Origin: Bacteroidia bacterium
GTDB taxonomy: Bacteria; Bacteroidota; Bacteroidia; J057
Assembly (NCBI GenBank): GCA_033764335.1
Contig: JANRJC010000034.1
Location: forward strand, 20,899-84,898
Direction: 5' to 3'
Length of the DNA stretch: 64,000 nucleotides
In this document: positions 19,415-28,974 of the stretch, in pieces
Position numbering within the stretch: the stretch's first letter is position 1
Layout of the letters: each line of letters starts with the position of its first letter
The notes under the pieces: model-generated
The model's input: the letters and a program-made list of their open reading frames with translations, nothing else
What the model was told of the DNA's origin: nothing
Database searches by the model: none
Made by a program: the position numbers and the translations under genes

Positions 19415-20317
19415 TTATCGTACCCAGCGCCAGCCGGTAAATCTTCGCAAAAGCTTACTTGGCATAAAAATTACCGATATAAACAAAAATAAATACCTCA
19501 GCAAAGAACTGGTTTCAAACAGGTATTTGCGGTAGTAGTGAAGGTGGATGTAATAGGTGAAAATATGGAAACGGCGGGTGTGGGTTTGGAAAATTTCGTC
19601 GCGAAGCCGAAAATTCATTTCAATCACCGGAAACGCCAATGAAACCGCCGTATTGGTTTTGTGAAGCCTTACGTAGGTGAGCGATTCGTTGAGGTTGTGC
19701 AGGCTGTATCCCTTCCTCACCATCCGGGCAAACAAGTCGTAGTCAACCGAGAAATCCAGTGTTTCATTGTATAGAACCTCTTCCAGACAGATTTTACGGA
19801 TCATCACCGAACCGTGCAGTACCCCGTTTTCTCCTCGCAGGTATCTCCGCATGATATAATCTGAGCCGATCGGAAAATTAGAGTGATTGATCAGCTTCCC
19901 CGTGCCGTTTTCAAAATAAGTGACATTGCTGCCTACCAGGTCGGCGTCGGGGTGCTTTTCCAAGTATTCATACTGCTTTTCTATCCGGGTATGATCTACA
20001 TAGTCATCGGCATCCACACGCATTATGTATTTACCGGAAACGTACTTCAGCCCCGCATTAAGCGCGTGTGCGATTCCGGTATTTTTCGGCAGGCTGATAA
20101 CTTTGAGGTATTCAATGTGGCGATAGGCCTCCAGGATTTCCAATGATTTGTCGGTGGAGCCATCGTCTATAATAATAAATTCTTCCGGACGGACAGTAGA
20201 TTGATGGATACTGTCAATAAGATCCGGGAGGTAATGTCCATTGTTGTAATTGGCACACAATACGGACACGTTTACCACAGGCGGAGCAAGGAAATCGCTT
20301 TCCAACAGGTAATCCAT
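19415..20317 (-). CDS. Family 2 glycosyltransferase
   Basis: VSVLCANYNNGHYLPDLIDSIHQST ... FIIIDDGSTD ... RVDADDY (DxD). Confidence 0.85.
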   Translation of the reverse strand: MDYLLESDFLAPPVVNVSVLCANYNNGHYLPDLIDSIHQSTVRPEEFIIIDDGSTDKSLEILEAYRHIEYLKVISLPKNTGIAHALNAGLKYVSGKYIMRVDADDYVDHTRIEKQYEYLEKHPDADLVGSNVTYFENGTGKLINHSNFPIGSDYIMRRYLRGENGVLHGSVMIRKICLEEVLYNETLDFSVDYDLFARMVRKGYSLHNLNESLTYVRLHKTNTAVSLAFPVIEMNFRLRDEIFQTHTRRFHIFTYYIHLHYYRKYLFETSSLLRYLFLFISVIFMPSKLLRRFTGWRWVR

Positions 20318-20391
20318 GAGTAGGGGTAATTTGAGCCTTCTGCACCCAAAGGTTCAAACTTTGAACGAAATTTACGAAAAAAAATTGAAAT

Positions 20392-22479
20392 CTATCTACT
20401 GAGAATATGGAATTCCACCCGGCGGTTGAGTGAACGGGTGGCGGGGTTTTCGTTACTGGCAATGGGCAAAGTGCTGCCATAACCTCTGCTGGAGGTTCTG
20501 TCTGCGGATATTCCCCGGTCGGTCAGGTATTGTTTTACTACGGCGGCGCGTGTTTCGGAGAGGGTCTGCAATTCGGTTTCATTTCCGATATTATCGGTAT
20601 GGCCCCGAATTTCGATTTTAAGTGTCGGGATAGACCTCATAAGCAATACCAGCCGATCGAGTTCCGGATACGAATCCGAAATCAGCTCTGCGCGTGCCCG
20701 CTGAAAAAATACCTGGTTGAGGGTGATGGTTTCCCCGACTTCAATCGGGGCCAGGTACAAATCCCTGCGGATTTCGCGAAACTGGCTGATCCGCCGCAGG
20801 TCAAGGGTATCGGTGACGGCGTAAAACCCGACCTTTTCTGCGAAAAGCTGATAAGCTCTGCCATACGGCAGAAAGATATTGTAAAACCCGGAAGCTGCAT
20901 GGGACTGGGTTTTGTTTAATAAGGAATCCGGAGAAAGATCGCTACAGGTAATTTCGCTTCCCAATGGTTCCTTCGTTTTGCTGTGAAGCACTCGGCCATA
21001 AACTCTTACAATGGGTTGCAAAGTAATGTCTTCGGGTATCCGGACTTTATAAAGGTCAAACTGGTGAAAGTTGCTGTCCTCTGAAGCCATCCATGCAAAC
21101 CGCTCCCCGCCCACCGGAGTATAATAGATATCGCCTTCCGGGGTATTGATTGCCGGGCCGAGGTTTTCGGGTTCACTCCACTTTGTCCAGGTATTGCTCA
21201 ACCGGCGGGTACGATATACATCCGCTTTCCCATAACCGGGATGGCCGGTGCTGGAAAAAAAAAGGGTTTCCCCGTCAGGCATCAGAAAGGGGCTCATTTC
21301 TATTCCGGAAGTATTTAAGGTAGGCCCCAGATTCCGGGGAGAACTCCATTCGTTATTTTCCCGAAAACTCACATAAATATCCAGGTCGCCATATCCATTG
21401 GTTCCGCTTATACTGATCATCAGGGTTTTTCCGTCGGGCGAAATCTGGCAGGTCGCCGGACTGAATTCATTGGTGTATCCCGGTATTTCGATCTCCACAG
21501 GGATGTCCCAGTTTCCTTCACGGTTTTTATAAGTCTGCGAAATACCATAACCGTTGCCCGTGCCATCGGGAAAGTAGGCGGAGGCCAGCAGCAAAGACTG
21601 ATTACCGGGAAAAACGTGGGCTACCTCATTTCGCTCCGCATTATTTAAAGGCGGTGGCAGGATTTCCGGTTCTCCCCAGGCAGTATCTCCCGATAGCACC
21701 GAAGTCCAGATGTCCCCCTGGTCAAACGGTTTTTCCAGTGGAGAACGGGTAAACCAGAGTGTTCGTCCGTTTGCGGCGAGCCGGGGAGCCGTCTCATGAT
21801 TCAGCGGGGAGTTGAGGGTTGAATCTGCAAGAATTTTTACTGCCTGGCTAAAGTTGGTAGAAGCGAGATATACCTCCACCGGAGGGTGATAGATTCGAAA
21901 CCACGACATCGCCGTTTCGGATATTCCGTTGACCAGAAACCCGTGATATTTTCCAAATAATTTGGTAAAGGGCATTTCATAAACGGCCTTTCCGTTGATG
22001 GAAAATTCCAGGCTCCAACCGGTTTTTTTTACGGAAAGGATATTTTCAGCACCGGGGCCGCCCGTTTTTTTGTAGCGGGTCCAAGGGCAGAGCAGTTTTT
22101 TTTCGCCGGGCAATTGTTGTACGACGGCAAAATAACCTTCCGGGCGGATTACAAAAGCATAATAGCGGTCAAACCGGTCATTGCCTCCCCATATAAGGCC
22201 ATTTCCTTCCGAAGACACCCCTGTTTTAACCGTCATTGCCGCTTCTATCCGGAAGTCGCGGGAAGCATTGAGCAGAACTTCGTGCAGGCAAACCAATTCA
22301 TTGGTCTCCTGATGACTGATATGCAGGTTTCCTTCACGCAATCCTGCCTGGAAAGAGGAGGTTTTATTAAACTCCCAGCGGTGGGTGTTGACGGTAAATT
22401 CGTCTTGAAACAGCAGATAGTCCTGGCTTTTTGCCTGCAAAAAACCAAACAGGAACAATAAAAAAGCAAGGGATTTTGA
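20392..22479 (-). CDS. OmpA-family protein with N-terminal jelly-roll-like domain and TolB-like beta-propeller repeats
   Basis: Signal peptide from the ATG at 22479 (MSKSLAFLLFLFGFLQAKSQ). WD40-like/TolB repeats (SPDGKTLMISI, MPDGETLFFSS, DIYYTP). C-terminal OmpA_C (IEIRGHTDNIGNETELQTLSETRAAVVKQYL ... NRRVEFHIL). Confidence 0.8.
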   Translation of the reverse strand, partial: SKSLAFLLFLFGFLQAKSQDYLLFQDEFTVNTHRWEFNKTSSFQAGLREGNLHISHQETNELVCLHEVLLNASRDFRIEAAMTVKTGVSSEGNGLIWGGNDRFDRYYAFVIRPEGYFAVVQQLPGEKKLLCPWTRYKKTGGPGAENILSVKKTGWSLEFSINGKAVYEMPFTKLFGKYHGFLVNGISETAMSWFRIYHPPVEVYLASTNFSQAVKILADSTLNSPLNHETAPRLAANGRTLWFTRSPLEKPFDQGDIWTSVLSGDTAWGEPEILPPPLNNAERNEVAHVFPGNQSLLLASAYFPDGTGNGYGISQTYKNREGNWDIPVEIEIPGYTNEFSPATCQISPDGKTLMISISGTNGYGDLDIYVSFRENNEWSSPRNLGPTLNTSGIEMSPFLMPDGETLFFSSTGHPGYGKADVYRTRRLSNTWTKWSEPENLGPAINTPEGDIYYTPVGGERFAWMASEDSNFHQFDLYKVRIPEDITLQPIVRVYGRVLHSKTKEPLGSEITCSDLSPDSLLNKTQSHAASGFYNIFLPYGRAYQLFAEKVGFYAVTDTLDLRRISQFREIRRDLYLAPIEVGETITLNQVFFQRARAELISDSYPELDRLVLLMRSIPTLKIEIRGHTDNIGNETELQTLSETRAAVVKQYLTDRGISADRTSSRGYGSTLPIASNENPATRSLNRRVEFHILSR

Positions 22480-22591
22480 CATAAGAAAGAGGTATAAAGC
22501 TATAAACAAAGATACGATTTTTACCTCAGTGAAGTATTTTCACAGAAGAAAGTAGTGAGTTGTATTCTTTATTTATGGTTTATACCGAAAC

Positions 22592-23242
22592 TTACGGCTC
22601 TTGTTTTACCACAAAATCATCCACTTCGATTTTCATGGTTCCATGTAGTAAAATGCCGGCTTTTTTTCCACGCATTTCTTCAACCTGACTCATATAGACC
22701 AGTTTATTGTTGATATAAAACTCCATCCGGTCTTTATTTTTCAGAACCCGCAGGGTATTGGGTTTTCCCTGCCCGTTTATATTGGAGCTTTCGGTCCAGC
22801 GTTTGATTTCATTATAGTCTTCGCGTACTTTTCGGAGAATGGTATATTGGCCATTAGAGCTAATGAGGAAGGCAAACCAGTCCTGGCGGTCATCTTTTGC
22901 CCCCCAACAAATGCCGTAACCCATATTTTTCATTCCGGAAGACTGGGTAATGGTTGTTTCAAAGGAAAAGTTTTGTGAAGGATCAAGTTCGATGGGTTGG
23001 GAAAGAAAAGCGGGTGAATAGGGAGTTTTTCCTTTAAGTTGAAAAAAACCTTCTGAGATTTCCGAAGTAAGTTGTTTGGTATCGGCAATTTCCCAGTTGC
23101 GCGTATTATCATCAAACGATTCTTCCAAAACAATTTTTGTTTCGCCAGGGAGTTGGTTGCGAGTTGTCCCGGTGGTGGGTTGCCCCCAAACCATGCCTGC
23201 GGACAATCCGAAAATCAAAAGAATCATGCGCTGTGGTATCAT
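22592..23242 (-). CDS. Secreted hypothetical protein paralogous to the N-terminal domain of the adjacent OmpA-family protein
   Basis: Signal peptide (MIPQRMILLIFGLSAGMVWGQP). The domain EESFDDNTRNWEI...GYGICWGAKD..DWFAFLISSNGQYTI...MEFYINNKLVY aligns by eye with QDEFTVNTHRWEF...GNGLIWGGND..RYYAFVIRPEGYFAV...LEFSINGKAVY of 20392..22479. Confidence 0.6.
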   Translation of the reverse strand: MIPQRMILLIFGLSAGMVWGQPTTGTTRNQLPGETKIVLEESFDDNTRNWEIADTKQLTSEISEGFFQLKGKTPYSPAFLSQPIELDPSQNFSFETTITQSSGMKNMGYGICWGAKDDRQDWFAFLISSNGQYTILRKVREDYNEIKRWTESSNINGQGKPNTLRVLKNKDRMEFYINNKLVYMSQVEEMRGKKAGILLHGTMKIEVDDFVVKQEP

Positions 23243-23421
23243 ACGTTTGGGTTTGAATCGGGCTTTGAGATAAAATAAGGTTAAACCATTTTGATCGGAA
23301 AATATGTGCATTCTCCTTTTTTTTCTTACATCGGTTAAGACAAAATAATTTTACCTATTGCATGAACAGGGACGATATTTTTTCTTAAAACATCAAAAAG
23401 GTTCTTTTGATACCGATAATC

Positions 23422-24057
23422 TTATCTCTGTTTTTGCCAGGGCAGATATGCCATCAATGCCTTCATCAGGATAAGGGTCGCCAGAATCCGAAATTCACGG
23501 GGGTAATCAGAAATTTTTCCGGATTCATAAATATCAAATGTATTTTTTCCGGGTTCCGCCTGTCGAAAGTTCAGCAGGTTGATGTCGAAAGGTTCGCCGG
23601 AAGGGCGAGGAAGGTGATGATAGCGGCGAAACAAACTCGCCGAATAGCGATTCTGTTCGCCTGTAGGTGTTTTTAATTCGCTCAGATAGACGGTATCTTT
23701 TCGAGTAAACATACGCCACCCGGAAAACCCGTCTGCATCATTCCTTACCCTTTCGATCTCCACATATACCTGCCCGAGGCGGGCTTTTCCCCAGAAAAAT
23801 CCTTTACTACCAATTTCAACCTCACCGCCCGGCTCCGGAAATACTTCCCATACCTCCAGCGAATCTGCCATCTGTCCATTATTTTTCAGAAAAATCTGCC
23901 CATGACCACTTTCCGTGTAGATTTTTATGAAACTGATTTCCCAATCTCCCTCGGCAGATACTTTTGTTTTTGCTTTACTTTTAACAAAAATATCCTGCCC
24001 CCGGAGGTCTGTGGAAAAGACGAATAACAAAACCAGGAAAAAGAAAGGATTATTCAT
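23422..24057 (-). CDS. Secreted hypothetical protein
   Basis: 211 aa with a clear signal peptide (MNNPFFFLVLLFVFSTDLRGQD). No recognisable motif. Confidence 0.5.
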   Translation of the reverse strand: MNNPFFFLVLLFVFSTDLRGQDIFVKSKAKTKVSAEGDWEISFIKIYTESGHGQIFLKNNGQMADSLEVWEVFPEPGGEVEIGSKGFFWGKARLGQVYVEIERVRNDADGFSGWRMFTRKDTVYLSELKTPTGEQNRYSASLFRRYHHLPRPSGEPFDINLLNFRQAEPGKNTFDIYESGKISDYPREFRILATLILMKALMAYLPWQKQR

Positions 24058-24081
24058 ACCCTAAACTTCAATGTTTGCCTG

Positions 24082-24975
24082 CTATTTCCCCCGGCCGCCG
24101 GAGAGTTCTTCCAGCCGTCTTTTTTCGATGGCGGACAACCCCTTCATACCCACTTTATTAACTTTGTCCAGCAAATAATTCAACTCTTCTTCCCTATTAG
24201 CAAAATCAGACTTTCGCCTGCCTCCGGTTACTTCGGGATTTTTGATCACCTTCATACGAGGGCGATGCCGCAAATTGGAAAGACGACTTTTCAGATAGGG
24301 AATGTATAAAAACTCCGGCTGTTTGATCAAAACAATGAGGAAAATTACCGTTGGAATCAAAATAGCTGCAATCAGGCCTGGCTGCTGAGTTAAGGATTGC
24401 GGGCGAAATAAAATTCCGATCAGCATCCCCGCAACGGCTCCGCCCAGGTGAGCCTCATGGCCGATATTTCCTAATTTCGCACCTGCTCCATAGATAGACA
24501 GCAATACATAACCCACCGCAAAAATCCACGCAGGGATCGGCACAGGGGGGTAAATGAACGAAACTTCCATTCCCGGAAAAATAATGATCGCCGCAAACAT
24601 CACCCCACTTACTGCACCCGATGCGCCCAAAGCGCGATAATCGCCGTGATTGCGATGGGCAACCAATGCCACGACATCCCCCCCTATCAAACTGCCAAAA
24701 TAAACCACAAGATAAGGCAATATACCTAACCCGATAACCGGCGTAGCCAGTGCAGAACTGAAAATATAAAGGGTGTACATATTAAACAGAAGATGTACCC
24801 ACCCTGAATGAAGAAAACCCGAAGAAATCATTCGGTAGTATTCTTTCCCAATCAGTATCCGATCTACATCAAAAATATACTGATCCTGAAACCCCGGTTT
24901 GGAAAAACCCTGGTAAGAAACATAAACATTTATCAGTATCAGGACTACCGAAATATGTTCTGCTGTTAATTGCAT
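24082..24975 (-). CDS. Rhomboid-family intramembrane serine protease with cytoplasmic C-terminal extension
   Basis: Six TM helices. HSGWVHLLFNM motif, catalytic GASGAVSG serine and a downstream HLGGAVAG histidine. A basic/acidic tail of about 80 aa follows. Confidence 0.85.
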   Translation of the reverse strand: MQLTAEHISVVLILINVYVSYQGFSKPGFQDQYIFDVDRILIGKEYYRMISSGFLHSGWVHLLFNMYTLYIFSSALATPVIGLGILPYLVVYFGSLIGGDVVALVAHRNHGDYRALGASGAVSGVMFAAIIIFPGMEVSFIYPPVPIPAWIFAVGYVLLSIYGAGAKLGNIGHEAHLGGAVAGMLIGILFRPQSLTQQPGLIAAILIPTVIFLIVLIKQPEFLYIPYLKSRLSNLRHRPRMKVIKNPEVTGGRRKSDFANREEELNYLLDKVNKVGMKGLSAIEKRRLEELSGGRGK

Positions 24976-25251
24976 ATTTGCCTTTTCCCAAAATTACACC
25001 AATCCTGCCTGCATTCCAATTTATATAAGCCTTCATCTGCAAACACCTATTTTACTCATAAGAAAGCAATTGGAAGCCTGTTTTACAAAAAATTATTCCA
25101 TTAGATAGAAAAATATTTAAAATAAATTAAACAGATGTTACAAGATACTGCCTGCTGTAAGAAAAACCACGGAGTGCGTCTTGCCATCACTGGTTAAATC
25201 CTCAACTTAGCCCTGAAAGAAGAACAACAGGTAATTATAAAGAATACAAAA

Positions 25252-25581
25252 ATGAAAGTTACAGTAACGAAACGGCACATTAATGCTGCCCGTCTGAGCG
25301 ATGGAAAACGCACCCCAATAGAGCTTTCGATTATGGAAATGGATTGTTTTGAGGAAGTCAGCCTCCTGCCAAAAGGAACAAACGGGTATTCACTTTCCCT
25401 TGACGGGCTAAACGTGAGTCTCCCCAAAATTGTACAAAAAAGCCTCCGAAAATATATCGAAAAACTGGAAATGGATCCCATCAGTTTTGAGTTGCCGGTG
25501 GACAATGGTCTGATGATGAGCAAAGACGATTTATTGTTTGAGCCTTACGAAGACAGCTTTGATTATGGTTATGGGTATTGA
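25252..25581 (+). CDS. Hypothetical small protein
   Basis: 109-aa ORF in an otherwise AT-rich gap. Its composition is more protein-like than the antisense ORF 25194..25523. No recognisable motifs. Confidence 0.35.
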   Translation: MKVTVTKRHINAARLSDGKRTPIELSIMEMDCFEEVSLLPKGTNGYSLSLDGLNVSLPKIVQKSLRKYIEKLEMDPISFELPVDNGLMMSKDDLLFEPYEDSFDYGYGY

Positions 25582-25639
25582 GTGATTTTGAGGGCAAAAT
25601 TTTCTCTCATAGCCATCAAAATTTCCTATTTTGGTGGCT

Positions 25640-26770
25640 ATGAAAGAACTATTTGAATCCTATTGCAAACGAGCCGCGGAGTGTTATAGTCAGGGTTATA
25701 TGGAAAAAGCCATTGACTTTTACCTTCTGGCACTGGACATATCCGACAATAACCCTGATTTGTACAACAATCTGGGCAGTGCCTACGATAATCTCGAAAA
25801 ACGCGAAGAAGCCCTCAACTGCTACAATAAAGCGTTGGCCCTAGATCCGCAGAATGCCCGAGCCTGGTATAACCTCGGGCTTACCTTGTATAATATGGGC
25901 AATGCCGAAAAAGCCATAAACGCTTACGGGGAAGCCCTTAAAATCAATCCGGATTATTATTCGGCCTGGTTTAATCTCGGTGTGGCATATATAGCGGCGC
26001 AGCATTATCTCCCGGCGGTGGAGTGTTTTGAAAAAACGACGGCACAACGCCCCGAAGAATCCAACGGATGGTTTAACATGGCCCTTGCCTGGGAAAAAGC
26101 CGGAAACCGCGACGAGGCTCAGCCCTGTTTTGAAAAAGCTATCAGCCTGAATCCCGAGGATTCCGTAGCTTTTTATCATTTGGGCAATATATGGGTAAAC
26201 AAAGGCGACGTGGATCGTGCGCTGAATTGTTTTGCAGAATCGGCCCGGTTAAAGCCCGATTTTGTTTCGGCCCAAAATAATCTCGCCGTAGCGTGGGAAC
26301 GAAAAGGTGACTATAAAAAAGCCGTCGAGTTTTTCAAAATAGCGGTACGTCTTGATCCTAACGATTATGAACTACAACAAAACCTCGGTTTCAATTATGA
26401 GCGCCTTGGAATGTGGCAGGAGGCGCTGCCCCATTATCAAAAATCAGCCGAGCTAAGCCCTGGCAATGCCTTTATGCACAACAATATTGGCTTTTGTTTT
26501 CTCCGCACCGGTAAAATAAATGAGGCAATGCCCGATTTCCAAAAAGCACTGGAACTCGGGTTGAAAGACTATGCAAACATGAACCTGGGGCATTGTTGTC
26601 TCATCCGGAAAGATGAAGCCGGAGCACTTCGCCATTACAACGAAAGCAAACGCAATTTTGCCGATAAAATGCTCTTCCAACACAGCATGGAAGACGATTA
26701 CAAAGCACTTGCTGTTTATGGTATCTCGGAAGAATACTACCGGGCAGTGTTGCGCAAGATTGATAAATAG
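25640..26770 (+). CDS. Tetratricopeptide (TPR) repeat protein
   Basis: About nine consecutive 34-aa TPR units (A..Y..AL.L.P....A..NLG.......). The ATG at 25640 (MKELFES) is preferred. Confidence 0.85.
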   Translation: MKELFESYCKRAAECYSQGYMEKAIDFYLLALDISDNNPDLYNNLGSAYDNLEKREEALNCYNKALALDPQNARAWYNLGLTLYNMGNAEKAINAYGEALKINPDYYSAWFNLGVAYIAAQHYLPAVECFEKTTAQRPEESNGWFNMALAWEKAGNRDEAQPCFEKAISLNPEDSVAFYHLGNIWVNKGDVDRALNCFAESARLKPDFVSAQNNLAVAWERKGDYKKAVEFFKIAVRLDPNDYELQQNLGFNYERLGMWQEALPHYQKSAELSPGNAFMHNNIGFCFLRTGKINEAMPDFQKALELGLKDYANMNLGHCCLIRKDEAGALRHYNESKRNFADKMLFQHSMEDDYKALAVYGISEEYYRAVLRKIDK

Positions 26771-26904
26771 GCGGGCTGGGTTCCGAATAATTTTTTGTGA
26801 CTTTTTTTTTCGTTTCGATTAAACCTTCGGTATGACCGAGGGTCTATCTGTCAACTCCGAATTCGAAAACAACCTGTTCACAAATAAAATTATTCTTAAA
26901 AATT

Positions 26905-27768
26905 ATGAAAACGATAAATTTAATTTTCCCGAACCTTAGTCGCCTTGCTTTCTATCTCCTTGCTATTTTGATGATGAGCCTTACCGCTTGTCAGCCTGAA
27001 AACGTAATCAACGAAATTTCCGAAGAAGACTCCGACCTCGTTGTCCTGGAAGCCGAAGTGGATGACTCGTATGAAATGGTGGACGAATATTCGATGGAAG
27101 CCGTAGAGATTACCGATTTCACCTCTATGGGAAGGGTATATGCCGAGAAAACCCTTCCGGCATGTGCGGTAGTCACCCACGATTCAGCCACCAAAACCAT
27201 TACTATTGACTTTGGTACAGGTTGTACGGGAGCCGATGGAAAAACCCGCGCCGGAAAAATCATTGTAACCTACACCAAACGCCTGTACATACCCGGAGCA
27301 AAACTCACCATCGAACTGGAAAACTACTCCGTGGACGGACTGGCGGTTGAAGGCAAAAAAACCATCGAAAACGTTTCGGCTTCCATCGTTTCCAATATAA
27401 GCCTCACCACTACCCTGGAAGACGGAAAAATTACCTGGCCGGACGGCACTTTTGCTACCCGTGAATTCACCCGTACCCGCACCTGGGTGCGTGAACCCAA
27501 CCCCATCAACGATGAGTTTCACGTGGACGGCTCCGTCAACGGCACTCGCCGGAACGGCGACGCTTATAGTGCCGACATTATTTCTACCCTGATCTTCAAA
27601 CGCAAATGTCGCCTCCAGGGAATCCATATCCCGGTTCAGGGAATCAAAGAAATTAAACGCACCGGAAAACCTGACCTCCTTGTGGATTTCGGAGACGGAG
27701 ACTGCGACCACCTCGTAACCCTTACCAAAAACGGAACGAGCAAGGTAGTGGACCTCTCTACCAAGTAA
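26905..27768 (+). CDS. Hypothetical lipoprotein
   Basis: Lipoprotein signal (AILMMSLTAC|QPE), then a beta-rich sequence with no recognised motif. A strong terminator follows. Confidence 0.6.
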   Translation: MKTINLIFPNLSRLAFYLLAILMMSLTACQPENVINEISEEDSDLVVLEAEVDDSYEMVDEYSMEAVEITDFTSMGRVYAEKTLPACAVVTHDSATKTITIDFGTGCTGADGKTRAGKIIVTYTKRLYIPGAKLTIELENYSVDGLAVEGKKTIENVSASIVSNISLTTTLEDGKITWPDGTFATREFTRTRTWVREPNPINDEFHVDGSVNGTRRNGDAYSADIISTLIFKRKCRLQGIHIPVQGIKEIKRTGKPDLLVDFGDGDCDHLVTLTKNGTSKVVDLSTK

Positions 27769-27792
27769 AAATATTACCAATGATACTGTCAA

Positions 27793-27823
27793 AAATCCGG
27801 CCCATGATTGGCCGGATTTTTTT
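27793..27823 (+). terminator. Rho-independent terminator
   Basis: Stem aaatccggcc / ggccggattt (27793-27802 / 27810-27819) with a 7-nt loop, followed by a T-run to 27823. Confidence 0.85.
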
Positions 27824-27850
27824 ATACCTTTGCCCCGGGTAAATGCCTGG

Positions 27851-28966
27851 ATGATTATGACCGAACAAGAACGCAACTTAACCACCTTCCAGAACCTCTG
27901 CGTAATGGCCTTTGCTGATGGGATTATTCATGAAAATGAAATCGCCATCCTGGCTGAACTGGCAGGTAATCTCGGTCTTGACCCGGACATTGCCAATGAA
28001 ATCATTCATCAGGCTCCAAAACTGAATTTTCGGGTACCCGAAAATCCGGAAGACTGTCGAAACGAACTGCGCCGGATCGTATTGATGATGGTCACCGACG
28101 CAGAAATTCACCCCAAAGAGTACGAACAGTGCAAAAAACTCGCTGCAGCTATGCACATTGAACCGGATTATCTGGACAAGGTAATTGAGTTTTATATTTC
28201 CAAACAACATGAGCATATTCAGCACCTAGCGATTTTCCAAAACCTCTTTCTGGTAGCTGTCGCTGACGGGGAGCTTACTCCCGTAGAGCAGGAATTTCTT
28301 CGGGATGTCGCCGAAAACCTCGGACTTGATCCGGAAGATGTGGACTATATCCTTGAAAATCATCAGAACCTCGACTTTATCATCCCGGAAGATGACGAGG
28401 AGAAGTATTTTTCCCTCAAAAATCTGGTCTATATGATGCTGGTAGATGGCGATATCGAACAAAGCGAGTACCAGTTATGCCTGGATTTTGCCCGAAGAGT
28501 GGGCATGGGGAGAAAAGAAATCGAAGAGATTCTCGCGGAATATGAGCAGATGCAGAAAGATCGCTCCGAAAAACAATCGGACATTGACCGCGAAAATGTG
28601 GACATCTGCCTCGATATTTTTTTAAACCTTAGCGCATGTCCTTATTCCGTTGCCGAAATCCTCGCCATCGGAGAAAAACTCCTGACAACCCGCCTTGCCG
28701 ATTTTTCAACCCCCAATGCCCGGTGTACCCGTCATCTGCTTGATTTTTTCTGGCTCATTTATGTGAGAACACATTCTATCCACCGCGACCACAAACAAAT
28801 GATTCCGCTACTGCTTGATCTGGCAAAAGCGCAGAATAGCTTTCAGGAATTAAGAGACCATGTCATTCGCCTCGAACAGGAACACGGCGCAACGGAAATT
28901 CCCCTGCCCAATATGTCCGATGAAACCGTCAGGCAGGAATTACAATCCTGGCTGACAAAAATTTAA
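27851..28966 (+). CDS. Protein with two tandem TerB-like (tellurite-resistance/DjlA-N type) domains plus C-terminal helical region
   Basis: Internal repeat: FQNLCVMAFADGIIHENEIAILAELAGNLGLDPDIANEII versus FQNLFLVAVADGELTPVEQEFLRDVAENLGLDPEDVDYIL. Each copy is followed by I.P.E....KKLA/DFAR...(I/M). The ATG at 27851 is chosen because the upstream terminator ends at 27823. Confidence 0.65.
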   Translation: MIMTEQERNLTTFQNLCVMAFADGIIHENEIAILAELAGNLGLDPDIANEIIHQAPKLNFRVPENPEDCRNELRRIVLMMVTDAEIHPKEYEQCKKLAAAMHIEPDYLDKVIEFYISKQHEHIQHLAIFQNLFLVAVADGELTPVEQEFLRDVAENLGLDPEDVDYILENHQNLDFIIPEDDEEKYFSLKNLVYMMLVDGDIEQSEYQLCLDFARRVGMGRKEIEEILAEYEQMQKDRSEKQSDIDRENVDICLDIFLNLSACPYSVAEILAIGEKLLTTRLADFSTPNARCTRHLLDFFWLIYVRTHSIHRDHKQMIPLLLDLAKAQNSFQELRDHVIRLEQEHGATEIPLPNMSDETVRQELQSWLTKI

Positions 28967-28974
28967 TTCTGTTT

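Noticed and set aside
27184-27885. 233-aa minus-strand ORF
   Set aside because: It is antisense to the lipoprotein gene 26905..27768 and crosses that gene's rho-independent terminator. It has no motifs.
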